A stretch of 64,000 nt of DNA from a virus. Location of the stretch: IMG/VR virus record IMGVR_UViG_3300025137_000014, positions 123,123-187,122 of that record, one strand, 5' to 3'. Numbering within the stretch: the first letter of the stretch is position 1; each line of letters opens with the position of its first letter. Shown piece by piece: positions 48,001 through 57,785 of this stretch. Under the pieces are notes generated by a model. It was not told the origin of the DNA. It ran no database searches and worked only from the letters and a program-made list of their open reading frames with translations. The translations under genes and the position numbers were made by a program.

Positions 48001-48438
48001 ATGACAAACGGACTATCTATTTTTAACCAGTTACGACCTGTAACTGTAGGCTTTGACAACATGTTTGACCATTTCGAATCAATGTTCGATGGAAACGGCC
48101 CAACATTTCAAACACAAGTAAACTTCCCACCTTACAACATAGTAAAAACAGGTGATTTCACTTATGATGTAGAACTGGCACTTGCTGGTTTCTCAAAAGA
48201 TGATATTACAGTTGACTATGCTGATAACATCTTATCTGTTAAATCAATCAAAAAAGATGAGAAGAAAGAAGAAGGCGTTCTTCATAGAGGTATCTCTAAG
48301 AGAATGTTTTCTAAATCTTTCACTATCGCAGATGATGTTGAAGTAAAAGGTGCTGAGTTGAAGGACGGGTTACTAAAAGTATCTTTAGAACGTATCGTTC
48401 CAGAAGGTAAAAAGCCTCGTAATATTGAAATCTCATAG
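48001..48438 (+). CDS. Small heat-shock protein Hsp20 (IbpA-like)
   Basis: FPPYNI, ELALAGF, LHRGISKRMF, AELKDGLL; early (47879) and late (47929) promoters. Confidence 0.93.
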   Translation: MTNGLSIFNQLRPVTVGFDNMFDHFESMFDGNGPTFQTQVNFPPYNIVKTGDFTYDVELALAGFSKDDITVDYADNILSVKSIKKDEKKEEGVLHRGISKRMFSKSFTIADDVEVKGAELKDGLLKVSLERIVPEGKKPRNIEIS

Positions 48439-48504
48439 TAGAAAATATTACTTCATAAATAGAAGCGAGGGCTAGTTCCTCGCTTCCTCATGGAGTAATA
48501 TAAA

Positions 48505-49362
48505 ATGAATAAACATACATCTGTATGGTGTCAACCCAGGTCAGGGTCGTCTGCATACTGTAATCATCTAAAAAAAACTAGAAAAGTATTTTCTGACTCT
48601 GCACAAGAGTTTATGTCTGCCTCTCAATTTTGGCCTATGTTGCAAGAACCAGGAACAGACTCAGCAGACAATTTTAAAATGTCAATAGAAAGTTTTCCAT
48701 ACGATAACGAATTAAGAATTAAACTTAAACATGACGCATATAAGATTTATGATAATATAAAAAATACACATAATCCAAAGTGGTTATGGACAGATTGGAA
48801 ACTGACTGATAAAGGTATTAAGCCTTATTATACTAGAAGTATACCAAGACATTATTTAGAAGACACATTCCCTTCAAGACCATGGGCACAAGAACTACTC
48901 ACACAATCAAAAGTACCAGAAGTAATAAAGTTATATAATTATGATAATTTTCAATTTGAAGATATTGCATATGATACAAATCATCATTTATTAATTAGAG
49001 AGCCGTTAGATAACGCATTAAGTCAGATTGTTGCATATATAACTATGGTATGGCATCAAGAAAGTAATGATGAAAATAAAGTAAGAATTAAAGAAACAAT
49101 TAGTTTTAAGCCTATAAAAAATGACCCTCATAAGAAAACACCATATCAAATAGCAGAGTATTGTTTTAAATCTAATATTGATATGTTGGAACAGTTGGGG
49201 GACAAAGTAGATGTTATAGCAAAGTATGAGGATATGGAATTTAAAAATAATCGTTATAAGAAAATGCATACATTACGAGAGAAATTAGCAGTGTGTTCAG
49301 ATTTACATTTCTTAGACGATATGAGAAATAACTATAATAAAAGACTTGATTCATTACTCTAA
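48505..49362 (+). CDS. Sulfotransferase-like protein
   Basis: QPRSGSS 5'-PSB loop, IREPLDNALS 3'-PB, KYED. Confidence 0.6.
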   Translation: MNKHTSVWCQPRSGSSAYCNHLKKTRKVFSDSAQEFMSASQFWPMLQEPGTDSADNFKMSIESFPYDNELRIKLKHDAYKIYDNIKNTHNPKWLWTDWKLTDKGIKPYYTRSIPRHYLEDTFPSRPWAQELLTQSKVPEVIKLYNYDNFQFEDIAYDTNHHLLIREPLDNALSQIVAYITMVWHQESNDENKVRIKETISFKPIKNDPHKKTPYQIAEYCFKSNIDMLEQLGDKVDVIAKYEDMEFKNNRYKKMHTLREKLAVCSDLHFLDDMRNNYNKRLDSLL

Positions 49363-49406
49363 AAATGATATAATTCAGATAAATAGTTTAGACAGTGAGA
49401 AAATAA

Positions 49407-49721
49407 ATGCAAACACAAAACGATAGCGAAACAATAGTTGATTCATCTTCTAGGACTTCAATAGAACCCCCTAAAAGATACTATGTTGTTATGCATAATG
49501 ATGATGGTACGCCTATCGAATTTGTAGTAAAAATATTAATGGACCTGTACAAACACGAAGAACAAACGGCGACTGACTTAGCAAATAAAATTCACGTAGA
49601 TGAAAAAGCTATTGTCGGTATGTTCAATTTAGAAATAGCAGAACAGAAGGTGGAAGAGACTCACGGAGCAAGTAGGGCGCATGGTTACCCATTAACGGTG
49701 ACATTAGAACAAGCAGATTAA
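49407..49721 (+). CDS. clpS: Clp adaptor ClpS
   Basis: PPKRYYVVMHNDDGTPIEFVV...AEQKV...YPL. Confidence 0.92.
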   Translation: MQTQNDSETIVDSSSRTSIEPPKRYYVVMHNDDGTPIEFVVKILMDLYKHEEQTATDLANKIHVDEKAIVGMFNLEIAEQKVEETHGASRAHGYPLTVTLEQAD

Positions 49722-49734
49722 CCAGAGACTCGAC

Positions 49735-50478
49735 ATGACCACATATAGAATATTACAATATAACACGGACGACCTCCGCCTCGGATGGGACGTGTTTGAA
49801 ACGTCTAGTAATAAAGCTGACATAATGCTATTACAACGTTTTCCAAAGAAAGAATACAAAGAACTATGCAACGTAGCAAATAGAGCCTTTCTCACAGATA
49901 GTGTAGGACCTAATCAATTAAGTTTAGCAATATGCAGAAGTGATAGAGTAACCTCTATGGGAGGGGTAGAAACTATTACACTACCAAGCCATCAATTAAT
50001 AACAGCAATAGGTAATCCATTTCAAGGATCAACTGCATTAAAGATAGTATTAGGACAAGTATCGATAGTATCAGTACTCCCATGTTATCCAGAACCCATA
50101 GGTGAATATCCAGTATCAGAGGCAGACTTAGAAAAAGACATAAAATTTTTACTAGAAATGTTTAAAGATACACCAACGATAATAGCAGGTGATTTTCATA
50201 CAAGTCCAAGACATGAAAGTATCAATGAGTTAATTAAAGATAACGGATTTAAAAGTTATTTGGATGGTCATAACACATTTAAGACCTCGGATGGTCAAAT
50301 GATTAATTTAGATAGATTATTATGTAACTTTAGTGTTGACATTTCAGATATAATAGTGCATAATACAGATACAGATATACAACAAGGGCATTTTCCTATA
50401 ACATATACATTAAGTTGGGAGCCCAATAAAAAAGACGAATCGAATGAGGACATAAATGAATTTAAAAATCTTACATGA
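49735..50478 (+). CDS. Endonuclease/exonuclease/phosphatase-fold protein
   Basis: ILQYN, AGDFH, NLDRLL, HFPI. Confidence 0.65.
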   Translation: MTTYRILQYNTDDLRLGWDVFETSSNKADIMLLQRFPKKEYKELCNVANRAFLTDSVGPNQLSLAICRSDRVTSMGGVETITLPSHQLITAIGNPFQGSTALKIVLGQVSIVSVLPCYPEPIGEYPVSEADLEKDIKFLLEMFKDTPTIIAGDFHTSPRHESINELIKDNGFKSYLDGHNTFKTSDGQMINLDRLLCNFSVDISDIIVHNTDTDIQQGHFPITYTLSWEPNKKDESNEDINEFKNLT

Positions 50479-51133
50479 ACTGGATAGAATACTAAAAAAC
50501 AATCCTAGTTTGCAATCAGACAAACATACCTTTTGTCAAGTTGTCAATGGTGTGTTTGATATAGAATTAAATCAAATTGATGATATAGAAATTCATGCAT
50601 TAGCAGAACAAATTGATAGAGCGGTATTGTCAAACTATTTTAGTAAAGTTTGGCAACCCGAAACAAAGAAATACAAGTATAGTGGACTAGCTATTATTGA
50701 TGAGGTCAATAGTATGAACCCAGACAATGTAATTGATATTGGTTGTGGGTATAACGAGTTCAAAGGTAAGATTAAAAATCTAATTGGCATTGATCCATAT
50801 AATGACAGAGCGGATGTAGGTGTACACACATTAGATTATAAACCAGATATTGAATTTGATGTTGCTATATGTTTAGGTAGTATCAATTTCGGTAGCAGTG
50901 ATAAGATACTTAATGAACTTGAAAATGTAGTAAACATGGTCAAGTCGGGCGGTTTCTTATACTTTAGAGTTAATCCTGGTATTCAACATGATAAACCAGC
51001 GGCTAAATGGATTAACTTTTATGATTGGGATCCAATCTTCATTTCAAATGCCGCAGAACATCTTAAATGTAATGTACTAACACTACGACAAGATGAAGGT
51101 GACCGTTTTTATTTTGTTTTACGAAAAAAATAG
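50456..51133 (+). CDS. Class I SAM-dependent methyltransferase
   Basis: VIDIGCG, GIDP, FDVAICLGSI. Confidence 0.8.
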   Translation: MNLKILHELDRILKNNPSLQSDKHTFCQVVNGVFDIELNQIDDIEIHALAEQIDRAVLSNYFSKVWQPETKKYKYSGLAIIDEVNSMNPDNVIDIGCGYNEFKGKIKNLIGIDPYNDRADVGVHTLDYKPDIEFDVAICLGSINFGSSDKILNELENVVNMVKSGGFLYFRVNPGIQHDKPAAKWINFYDWDPIFISNAAEHLKCNVLTLRQDEGDRFYFVLRKK

Positions 51134-51340
51134 AAAAAAACAGCCTTTAGAATTATATTAGCATATAATTATGATAAATAAAAGTAATACGGAACCGTAT
51201 TTCAACATGTATTGCAGAGTTGTAGAACATGTCTAACCCTCAAAAAACTTTAACTTTTGAAGAAAGGTGTATGGGCATTACTTTGTAATATCTACTCATA
51301 TACTATTCTTTAAAAAACTAAACTCACAAAGGAGAAATAT

Positions 51341-52396
51341 ATGTTTAGAAAACTACTAATGACAGTTGCATTGACATTTGGTCTCGCAACATCGGCATTG
51401 GCTGATTATACATTGATTGTCCCACAGGAACCTGGTAAAGGTACTTCTGTATGGGGAGAAATCATTGCTAAGAACTTAGAAAAGTTCATCGGTGAACCAG
51501 TCGTGGTTCGTCATATTCCAGGCGCAAGAGATATTCCTGGTTTCAATAAATTCCACAACAGTCTTCGTTTTGATGACAAAACAATCATGGTTGCACATGG
51601 TGGTAACGGTGTATCATACTTACTAGATAAAGTTGATTACAATTATTTCGATTATGAACTAATTGGTTCAATGAACAACGATATCGTTCTTGGTAAGCAT
51701 GAAGGCGCAAGTGAAAAAGAAGACAATTGGACAATCGCAGGCGGATCAGGTTTCGAACCAGATGCGGCGGCAGTTGCAATGTTAATCTGTGGTCCAACAG
51801 GTAATAACTCAGTTGACGATTATCTAGCATGTTGGAGAGAACGTGTAACATGGGTAAACGGCGTATCAGGCGGTGAAAAGCGTCTTGGTTTTAAAAACGG
51901 CGAATTCGATGTAGCACGTGAATCACCAGCGGCATGGAAACGTTTCTACGAAGGTATTGAAGGTAATGAATTGTGGTTCACACACGGTATCCTAGACTTA
52001 GAAAATAATGTACAAATGGCAGATCCAAACTTCCCTAACACACAGTTTGAGGATGTATACGAGTCACTATGGGGCGAAAGACCATCAGGTGATTTATATC
52101 AAGCATATAAACTAACTCGTAACTGGCGTGATGCTATTCAAAAGTCACTTTGGATGAACAAAGGTAACCCAAATGCGGCAAAAGTTAAAGCGGCTGTGAC
52201 TGAAATGATTAATGATCCAGTTGCAAGTGCAGAGATTTATGCTAAGACTGGTGTTTACCCTTGGATTCAAGATGGACCAGCTTTATTGGCGGCTCTGAAA
52301 TCTTTGATTACAGAAAAAGCACTTAAAGATGCGGTTCGTTGGAATCAAGAAGCATACGGCTTCCCATCAATCTATAAGCCTGAACTTTTAGACTAA
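51341..52396 (+). CDS. Tripartite tricarboxylate transporter substrate-binding protein (TctC/Bug-like)
   Basis: Signal peptide, LIVPQEPGKGTSVWGE..IGEPVVVRHIPG; precedes tctA. Confidence 0.75.
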   Translation: MFRKLLMTVALTFGLATSALADYTLIVPQEPGKGTSVWGEIIAKNLEKFIGEPVVVRHIPGARDIPGFNKFHNSLRFDDKTIMVAHGGNGVSYLLDKVDYNYFDYELIGSMNNDIVLGKHEGASEKEDNWTIAGGSGFEPDAAAVAMLICGPTGNNSVDDYLACWRERVTWVNGVSGGEKRLGFKNGEFDVARESPAAWKRFYEGIEGNELWFTHGILDLENNVQMADPNFPNTQFEDVYESLWGERPSGDLYQAYKLTRNWRDAIQKSLWMNKGNPNAAKVKAAVTEMINDPVASAEIYAKTGVYPWIQDGPALLAALKSLITEKALKDAVRWNQEAYGFPSIYKPELLD

Positions 52397-52406
52397 GGAT
52401 ATAGCT

Positions 52407-53915
52407 ATGGAATATGTTATCTGGGCTTTGATTGGCACCTGTTATGGAATGCTAGTTGGTATTATACCTATCGCAGGTGTAACTACCGCCCTGATAACTG
52501 TCTTTAGCATGGGAGCATACTTTATGGCCGACCCCTATTTGGGGTTGGTCTTTTTAACGGCTATCGTGGCAAGTTGTGCCAGTGCAGATAGTTACACAAG
52601 TATTCTTACTGGTATTCCAGGCGCAAGTACAACTGCGGCATGTGTTATTGATGGTTATCCTATGGCGAAGAAAGGTCAATCGGCCAGGGCAATGGGAATT
52701 GCTATTACAGATTCAACATTTAATGGTGTAGTATTTGCGGCTCTAACCTTTTTCTTACTTCCTTATTATGGGAAAGTAATTGTATTATTTGGTCGTCCAG
52801 AATTTCTGGGCTTCATGTTAATGGCACTTGCATGTGTAGGTTTCGTTGCAAGTAAGAATGTTTTCTTAAGTATCTGTGCAATCATATTTGGTTTAGCAGT
52901 AGGTATGGTAGGTGAAGATGTTGTAAGTAATCCTAGATTAACATTTGGTTGGGAATATTTACAAAATGGAATTGGCATGGTTGTTTTACTATCAGGCTTA
53001 TTCGGTGTACCAGAATTATTAGATGGATTTAGAAGAAAATTAAAATCAGCGGCACCACCAATGGAAGGAAATTACTTTGATGGACTGAAACAAGGCTTTG
53101 GTGATTGCAGAAGACATTGGAGAGATATGATAAGAGGTGGACTGATTGGTTTCGTTACTGGTTTATTACCAGGTGTAGGAGGAGCAGTAGGTGACTTCTT
53201 AGCATACGGTGCCACAAAAGCCGCACATAAAGACAAAGACCAAGAAGTACCTTTTGGATCAGGAAATCCAGTAGGGTTATTAGGCTGTGAAGGAGCCAAC
53301 AATGCACAGAAAGTATCTAGTATGATACCTGCTTGTTTGTTTGGTATTCCAGCGGCACCATTTGCGGCTATGGTTATGGCAATCTGTATGTACTTTGGTA
53401 TGGAGATTGGTACTCCTAGTTTGTTAGATGATATTCAATTTACAAACAGTTTAGCATTTGGTTATATTTTTGGAACTGTCGGTGTAGCACTATTAAGTAT
53501 ATTTTTATACAAATGGATTCTTAAAATATTAGAAGTTCCTTTCTGGATTTATGCGACATTTATTTTAGCAGTAATTGTTTATGCTAATATGCAATACACA
53601 GGTGGTTGGGAAGATTTAGCCTTACTAGCTATCTTAAGTGCTATTGGCGTTGTATGTAAAACATACAATATTAGTAGACCAGCAATTCTTGTTGCATATG
53701 TTGTTGCATTTAAAATCGATGAATATTTTTGGGGTACACTACAGTTGTATGGTTACAAACAATGGAAACCAGGATTGAGTTCGATGTCAGACTTTAGATG
53801 GTTTGATTTATTCAACATTTATAATCATCCTATTTTTCTTGTATGTATTCTTATAGCTTTAGGTATATTCATAAATAGTCTTGTAAGAAAAGATAAAGGA
53901 CTCGATTATACATGA
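52407..53915 (+). CDS. tctA: Tripartite tricarboxylate transporter large subunit TctA
   Basis: GIPG...VIDGYPMAKKG, GLLPGVGG, EGANNA, GIP. Confidence 0.9.
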   Translation: MEYVIWALIGTCYGMLVGIIPIAGVTTALITVFSMGAYFMADPYLGLVFLTAIVASCASADSYTSILTGIPGASTTAACVIDGYPMAKKGQSARAMGIAITDSTFNGVVFAALTFFLLPYYGKVIVLFGRPEFLGFMLMALACVGFVASKNVFLSICAIIFGLAVGMVGEDVVSNPRLTFGWEYLQNGIGMVVLLSGLFGVPELLDGFRRKLKSAAPPMEGNYFDGLKQGFGDCRRHWRDMIRGGLIGFVTGLLPGVGGAVGDFLAYGATKAAHKDKDQEVPFGSGNPVGLLGCEGANNAQKVSSMIPACLFGIPAAPFAAMVMAICMYFGMEIGTPSLLDDIQFTNSLAFGYIFGTVGVALLSIFLYKWILKILEVPFWIYATFILAVIVYANMQYTGGWEDLALLAILSAIGVVCKTYNISRPAILVAYVVAFKIDEYFWGTLQLYGYKQWKPGLSSMSDFRWFDLFNIYNHPIFLVCILIALGIFINSLVRKDKGLDYT

Positions 53916-54658
53916 TACACAAAACAAATTGGTCTAAGACCTTAAAAGATCCATCTGAATTCGAATCGAATTGGGATTGGACAGTAGCACATAGCGAATA
54001 TCATTTTGATGATAACAAAGTTGATAAAGAAGGTGAATGGTTTAAGGTATTAGGCCGATTTGATAATCCAGATTTGTGGAAAGAAGATAGAGATAGATTA
54101 GTTGAGCAATCAACAAAAGCTATTAATTGGGAAACTCGTAAATTCTACGGAGATAGAGAAGACGAGTCCCCAATGTTAAAACAAGAAGAATATGATATTG
54201 CACAAGGTGGTGGGGATCCTAAAAAACTTATGCTTACAAATATGAAAGATGAGTTAGAAGATTATCCAATGCTTGTTAAAATGAAAGAACACTTTGGAGT
54301 AATAGGCGGAAAAGATGAATTAAAATATCGTGCCCATGTGCAGTTAACAGGTCAAATGTTTAATTTACATATTGATAAACTATGGGACAGATGTATCGAT
54401 GATCCAGAACAAGTATGTCGTATTACATTTTTCTTAGATGATTGGAAACCAGGACAATTTTATATGTATGGAAATTGTATCTACGAAAGATGGAAAGCTG
54501 GTGAGGCTCATATTTTTGATTGGGCTAACGCACCACATGCCACTGCAAACACAAGTAATTTCCCTAGACCATCTATTCAGATTACAGGATTAAAATCTGA
54601 AAAGACTAGAGAAATTATCGCTAATGGATCACGTGATACGATATGGACACTAGAGTAA
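53912..54658 (+). CDS. 2OG/cupin dioxygenase-like protein
   Basis: NLHIDK...WKAGE..FDW.NAPHATAN..RPSIQITG. Confidence 0.7.
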   Translation: MIHKTNWSKTLKDPSEFESNWDWTVAHSEYHFDDNKVDKEGEWFKVLGRFDNPDLWKEDRDRLVEQSTKAINWETRKFYGDREDESPMLKQEEYDIAQGGGDPKKLMLTNMKDELEDYPMLVKMKEHFGVIGGKDELKYRAHVQLTGQMFNLHIDKLWDRCIDDPEQVCRITFFLDDWKPGQFYMYGNCIYERWKAGEAHIFDWANAPHATANTSNFPRPSIQITGLKSEKTREIIANGSRDTIWTLE

Positions 54659-54843
54659 GAAGTCTTGTTAAAACTGTATCTTGGAGATTAACAGGAACTC
54701 TTTGTACATTTTTAATCAGTTATGCAATACTACGTGATTTAACTATCAGTGGTTCTATTGCAATCATTCAATTAACAGCCAACACTATAGTATTTTATAT
54801 ACATGAACGTATATGGAATCTAGTAAAATGGGGTAAACGTTGA
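54643..54843 (+). CDS. DUF2061-like small membrane protein
   Basis: RSLVKTVSWR...YIHERIW. Confidence 0.8.
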   Translation: MDTRVRSLVKTVSWRLTGTLCTFLISYAILRDLTISGSIAIIQLTANTIVFYIHERIWNLVKWGKR

Positions 54844-55481
54844 AACCATTATTAACAATAATGACAGGGCCACAGGGAAGTGGTAATCACTTATTCAGTA
54901 AAGCACTAGGACAAAATAAAAATATATTCGTATGGCCTGCATTGCAAGAAAAGTATTGGGAAGGCCATGATTTAGAACCCTTTGCAGAGTGCTGGAAAGA
55001 TCCTTTAAAACTAAATGATTTTGACTGGAAACAAAGTCAGTATTTCATCACAAGTATCAGTTGCCCATATTTTGATGATGGAGTAGAAACTATTCCACAG
55101 TATAATGATTTCATAAATATAGCGAAGAAATTTGCTGATATCCAATTTCTAATAATAGGAAGAGATAGAAACATTATGAGATTGCAACAAGAACGTGTAA
55201 GAGGAAAACATACTACTCCTGATTTTATGTCGCAAATAGATAGTATAATTTTTAATTTTAGGACTATCTTTGCAAGCCAAGAAATGTTATACTTATACAA
55301 GTTAAATTATTTACAATGGTTAGAAAAAGAATTAGGATTATTAGATAGTGAATTAACAGAAGACAATATTAGATTACTAGAGATATTATCTAAAGACGCA
55401 AACGAAAAATATATCTCACAAACAGAATCAGAATTGGATAAAATAATAAAATTAGCAAGTAGTCGGAAAGGGGCAATATGA
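54840..55481 (+). CDS. P-loop/sulfotransferase-like protein
   Basis: IMTGPQGSGNHLFSKAL. Confidence 0.5.
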   Translation: MKPLLTIMTGPQGSGNHLFSKALGQNKNIFVWPALQEKYWEGHDLEPFAECWKDPLKLNDFDWKQSQYFITSISCPYFDDGVETIPQYNDFINIAKKFADIQFLIIGRDRNIMRLQQERVRGKHTTPDFMSQIDSIIFNFRTIFASQEMLYLYKLNYLQWLEKELGLLDSELTEDNIRLLEILSKDANEKYISQTESELDKIIKLASSRKGAI

Positions 55482-55969
55482 AAATTTTAATATTTGGTTT
55501 ACCGGGAAGTGGCAAGAGTACTCTTGCAGAACCACTAGCAAAACTTCTTGGAGGCGTTCATGTCAATGCAGATAGAGTACGAGAAAAGTATGAAGGGCAT
55601 GATATGAGTAAGTGGGACTTTAGTCCCGAAGGACGTATGAGACAAGCACAAAGAATGAAGTTGCTTAGTGATGGAGTAATTATGGCTGGCAAAATTGCGG
55701 TTGCTGACTTTGTTTGCCCCACACAAAAAGCAAGAGAAGAATTTGGTGCAGACTTTACAGTATGGATGGATACTATTGAAGAAGGTAGATACGAAGACAC
55801 AAACAAGATGTTTGAAAAACCCGGTGTATATGATAGAGATTATCATGTGTCAGAATGGTTTGATGATACTCATTTACAATTAGTTCCTATTGTAGAAAGA
55901 TATATGAAGAAAACATCAACAACACCTGTAGGATACAGTGCATGGAGATTAGATAATGACGATATTTGA
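55478..55969 (+). CDS. Adenylyl-sulfate kinase-like protein
   Basis: GLPGSGKSTLA, NADRVR, DFS.EGR.RQA.R, ADFVCP, FEKP. Confidence 0.75.
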   Translation: MKILIFGLPGSGKSTLAEPLAKLLGGVHVNADRVREKYEGHDMSKWDFSPEGRMRQAQRMKLLSDGVIMAGKIAVADFVCPTQKAREEFGADFTVWMDTIEEGRYEDTNKMFEKPGVYDRDYHVSEWFDDTHLQLVPIVERYMKKTSTTPVGYSAWRLDNDDI

Positions 55970-56366
55970 TACATTTAAACCCACAACACAAATGTTAGGC
56001 AGATGGCAACCTTGGCATGATGGACATACTGAATTATTTAAACGTGCATTAGCAGAAACAGGACAAGTTTGTATTCAAATTAGAACTGTTCCACAACAAG
56101 AAGATGCAAGTGGCGGACGTACAGTAGTACAAGATGATAATCCTTTTATTGCTACAGATGTAGAAGAAAACATTAAGAAAGAATTAGAAAAAGTAGGATA
56201 CGCATATGGGCATGAGTATATCATAATGAGAGTGCCTAATATAGTAGATATTAGCTATGGAAGAGGCGTAGGTTACACATTCACAGAACATGATTTAGGA
56301 AAAGAGATACACAATATTAGTGCTACAAAAATACGTAAAGAAATGAGAGAAAAAGGTAAGTTATAA
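55956..56366 (+). CDS. HxGH nucleotidyltransferase (cytidylyltransferase-like)
   Basis: GRWQPWHDGH, ISATKIR. Confidence 0.75.
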   Translation: MTIFDTFKPTTQMLGRWQPWHDGHTELFKRALAETGQVCIQIRTVPQQEDASGGRTVVQDDNPFIATDVEENIKKELEKVGYAYGHEYIIMRVPNIVDISYGRGVGYTFTEHDLGKEIHNISATKIRKEMREKGKL

Positions 56367-56397
56367 ATTGACTTTATAGTTTAAATTTGTTATAATT

Positions 56398-56622
56398 ATG
56401 ATAGTTTATATTAAATATGCAAGTGCGATTACTATATTAATCGCAATGAGTTTACATGTTGCAGGTATAACTCCCTGGAACAGTATCTTTCAATTATGTG
56501 GAGCGGCAGGTTGGTGCTACGTTGGTTACAAATGGAAAGAAAAAGCAATATTGCTTAACTTTGTTCCACAGTTTTTAATAATCATACCAATGTTAGTATG
56601 GATATATTGGATAAGTAAGTAA
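56398..56622 (+). CDS. Small membrane protein, similar to 31120..31443
   Basis: KYAS...GW..VG..W.EKAI.LN pattern shared with the paralog. Confidence 0.55.
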   Translation: MIVYIKYASAITILIAMSLHVAGITPWNSIFQLCGAAGWCYVGYKWKEKAILLNFVPQFLIIIPMLVWIYWISK

Positions 56623-56631
56623 GGAAATAAA

Positions 56632-57345
56632 ATGACAGTAGGTGTAATATCAGCAATCCCAGAAGAATACTCTAAACTAGAATGGGATAGCGAACCAAGA
56701 ACTGAAATGATTATCAATAAGATTTTTCAGTTTGGTAATATGAACGGTGTAAAAGTTATAGCGGCAGAATGTGGTATAGGCAAAGTTAATGCTAGTATGA
56801 CTACTGCATTGCTATTAGGACATTTTGGGTGTGACAGTATCGTATTCTCAGGAGTAGCAGGTGGGTTAAATCCAAAGTATAATATTGGTGATGTATTAGT
56901 TGCAGAACAACTTATTCAGCATGATTATGGTGCAGTGGTAAATGGGCAAGTAATTAGTGCGATACCAGGTAGTTTTCCGGGTATGGTAGATGAGAATGAA
57001 GATGTATCATATAAAATGTCAACAGACATGCGTGATGCAGTAAAACATACATTAGGTGATAGGGTAAAGTTTGGTAGAATTTTAACAGGTGATACATACC
57101 TTGCTTGTTCTAAAACAAGAGAAATGTTTCATAAACAGTTTAAAGCAGATGCAATAGAAATGGAAGGAGGAGCAATCGCTCAAGTATGCTGTAATTGGCA
57201 TAAACCATTTATTGTTGTACGTGTATTAAGCGATTTATCGGGAAATGATTCGCATTTCGATTTTAATGAATTTGTTGACGAAAGTTCAGCAAAGTCGGCA
57301 GAGATTGTAAATAGATTACTGCCTGTAATGGATGCATGGGCATGA
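56632..57345 (+). CDS. mtnN: 5'-methylthioadenosine/S-adenosylhomocysteine nucleosidase
   Basis: GIGKVNA, SGVAGG, IEMEGGA, RVLSD. Confidence 0.92.
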   Translation: MTVGVISAIPEEYSKLEWDSEPRTEMIINKIFQFGNMNGVKVIAAECGIGKVNASMTTALLLGHFGCDSIVFSGVAGGLNPKYNIGDVLVAEQLIQHDYGAVVNGQVISAIPGSFPGMVDENEDVSYKMSTDMRDAVKHTLGDRVKFGRILTGDTYLACSKTREMFHKQFKADAIEMEGGAIAQVCCNWHKPFIVVRVLSDLSGNDSHFDFNEFVDESSAKSAEIVNRLLPVMDAWA

Positions 57346-57785
57346 TAGAAAAATTTGAAGATACCCCTTTTGAACAAAACAAACAAAAAGTAATAGAAGA
57401 AACACATTTTTATAAAGCATTTGAAGACAAGTGGCCAGTATGTGATGGTCATTTGCTTTTTGTTCCTAAACAAAATAGTGTTAAGTTTATCTCAGTCGCT
57501 TTACAGGCTACAGTTTTGTATGGAGAAAAACTAATTGAAGAAGGCAAGATAGACGGATATAATTTTGGGATGAATATGAGAGAAGAAGCTGGCCAATCAG
57601 TAATGTGGCCACATATACATTTTATGCCAAGACATAAAGATGATTGTGAAGGCTTTCCAGGTAGTGTTAGATTAGCACATAGAGGGGGAAAAGGTCCACT
57701 CTATTATATGGAACACCCTAAATACAAAGAAGAATTTATTGAAAAACACCAAGATGAGATAGACGAGGACGGATTTAAATTTTAA
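57342..57785 (+). CDS. HIT-family nucleotide hydrolase
   Basis: GHLLFVPK, GQSVMWPHIHFMPR. Confidence 0.88.
   Translation: MIEKFEDTPFEQNKQKVIEETHFYKAFEDKWPVCDGHLLFVPKQNSVKFISVALQATVLYGEKLIEEGKIDGYNFGMNMREEAGQSVMWPHIHFMPRHKDDCEGFPGSVRLAHRGGKGPLYYMEHPKYKEEFIEKHQDEIDEDGFKF

Noticed and set aside
51205-51290. Short uORFs (MYCRVVEHV*, MSNPQKTLTFEERCMGITL*) in the tctC leader
   Set aside because: No SD or convincing attenuator structure; expected by chance, though the long leader is worth a TSS check
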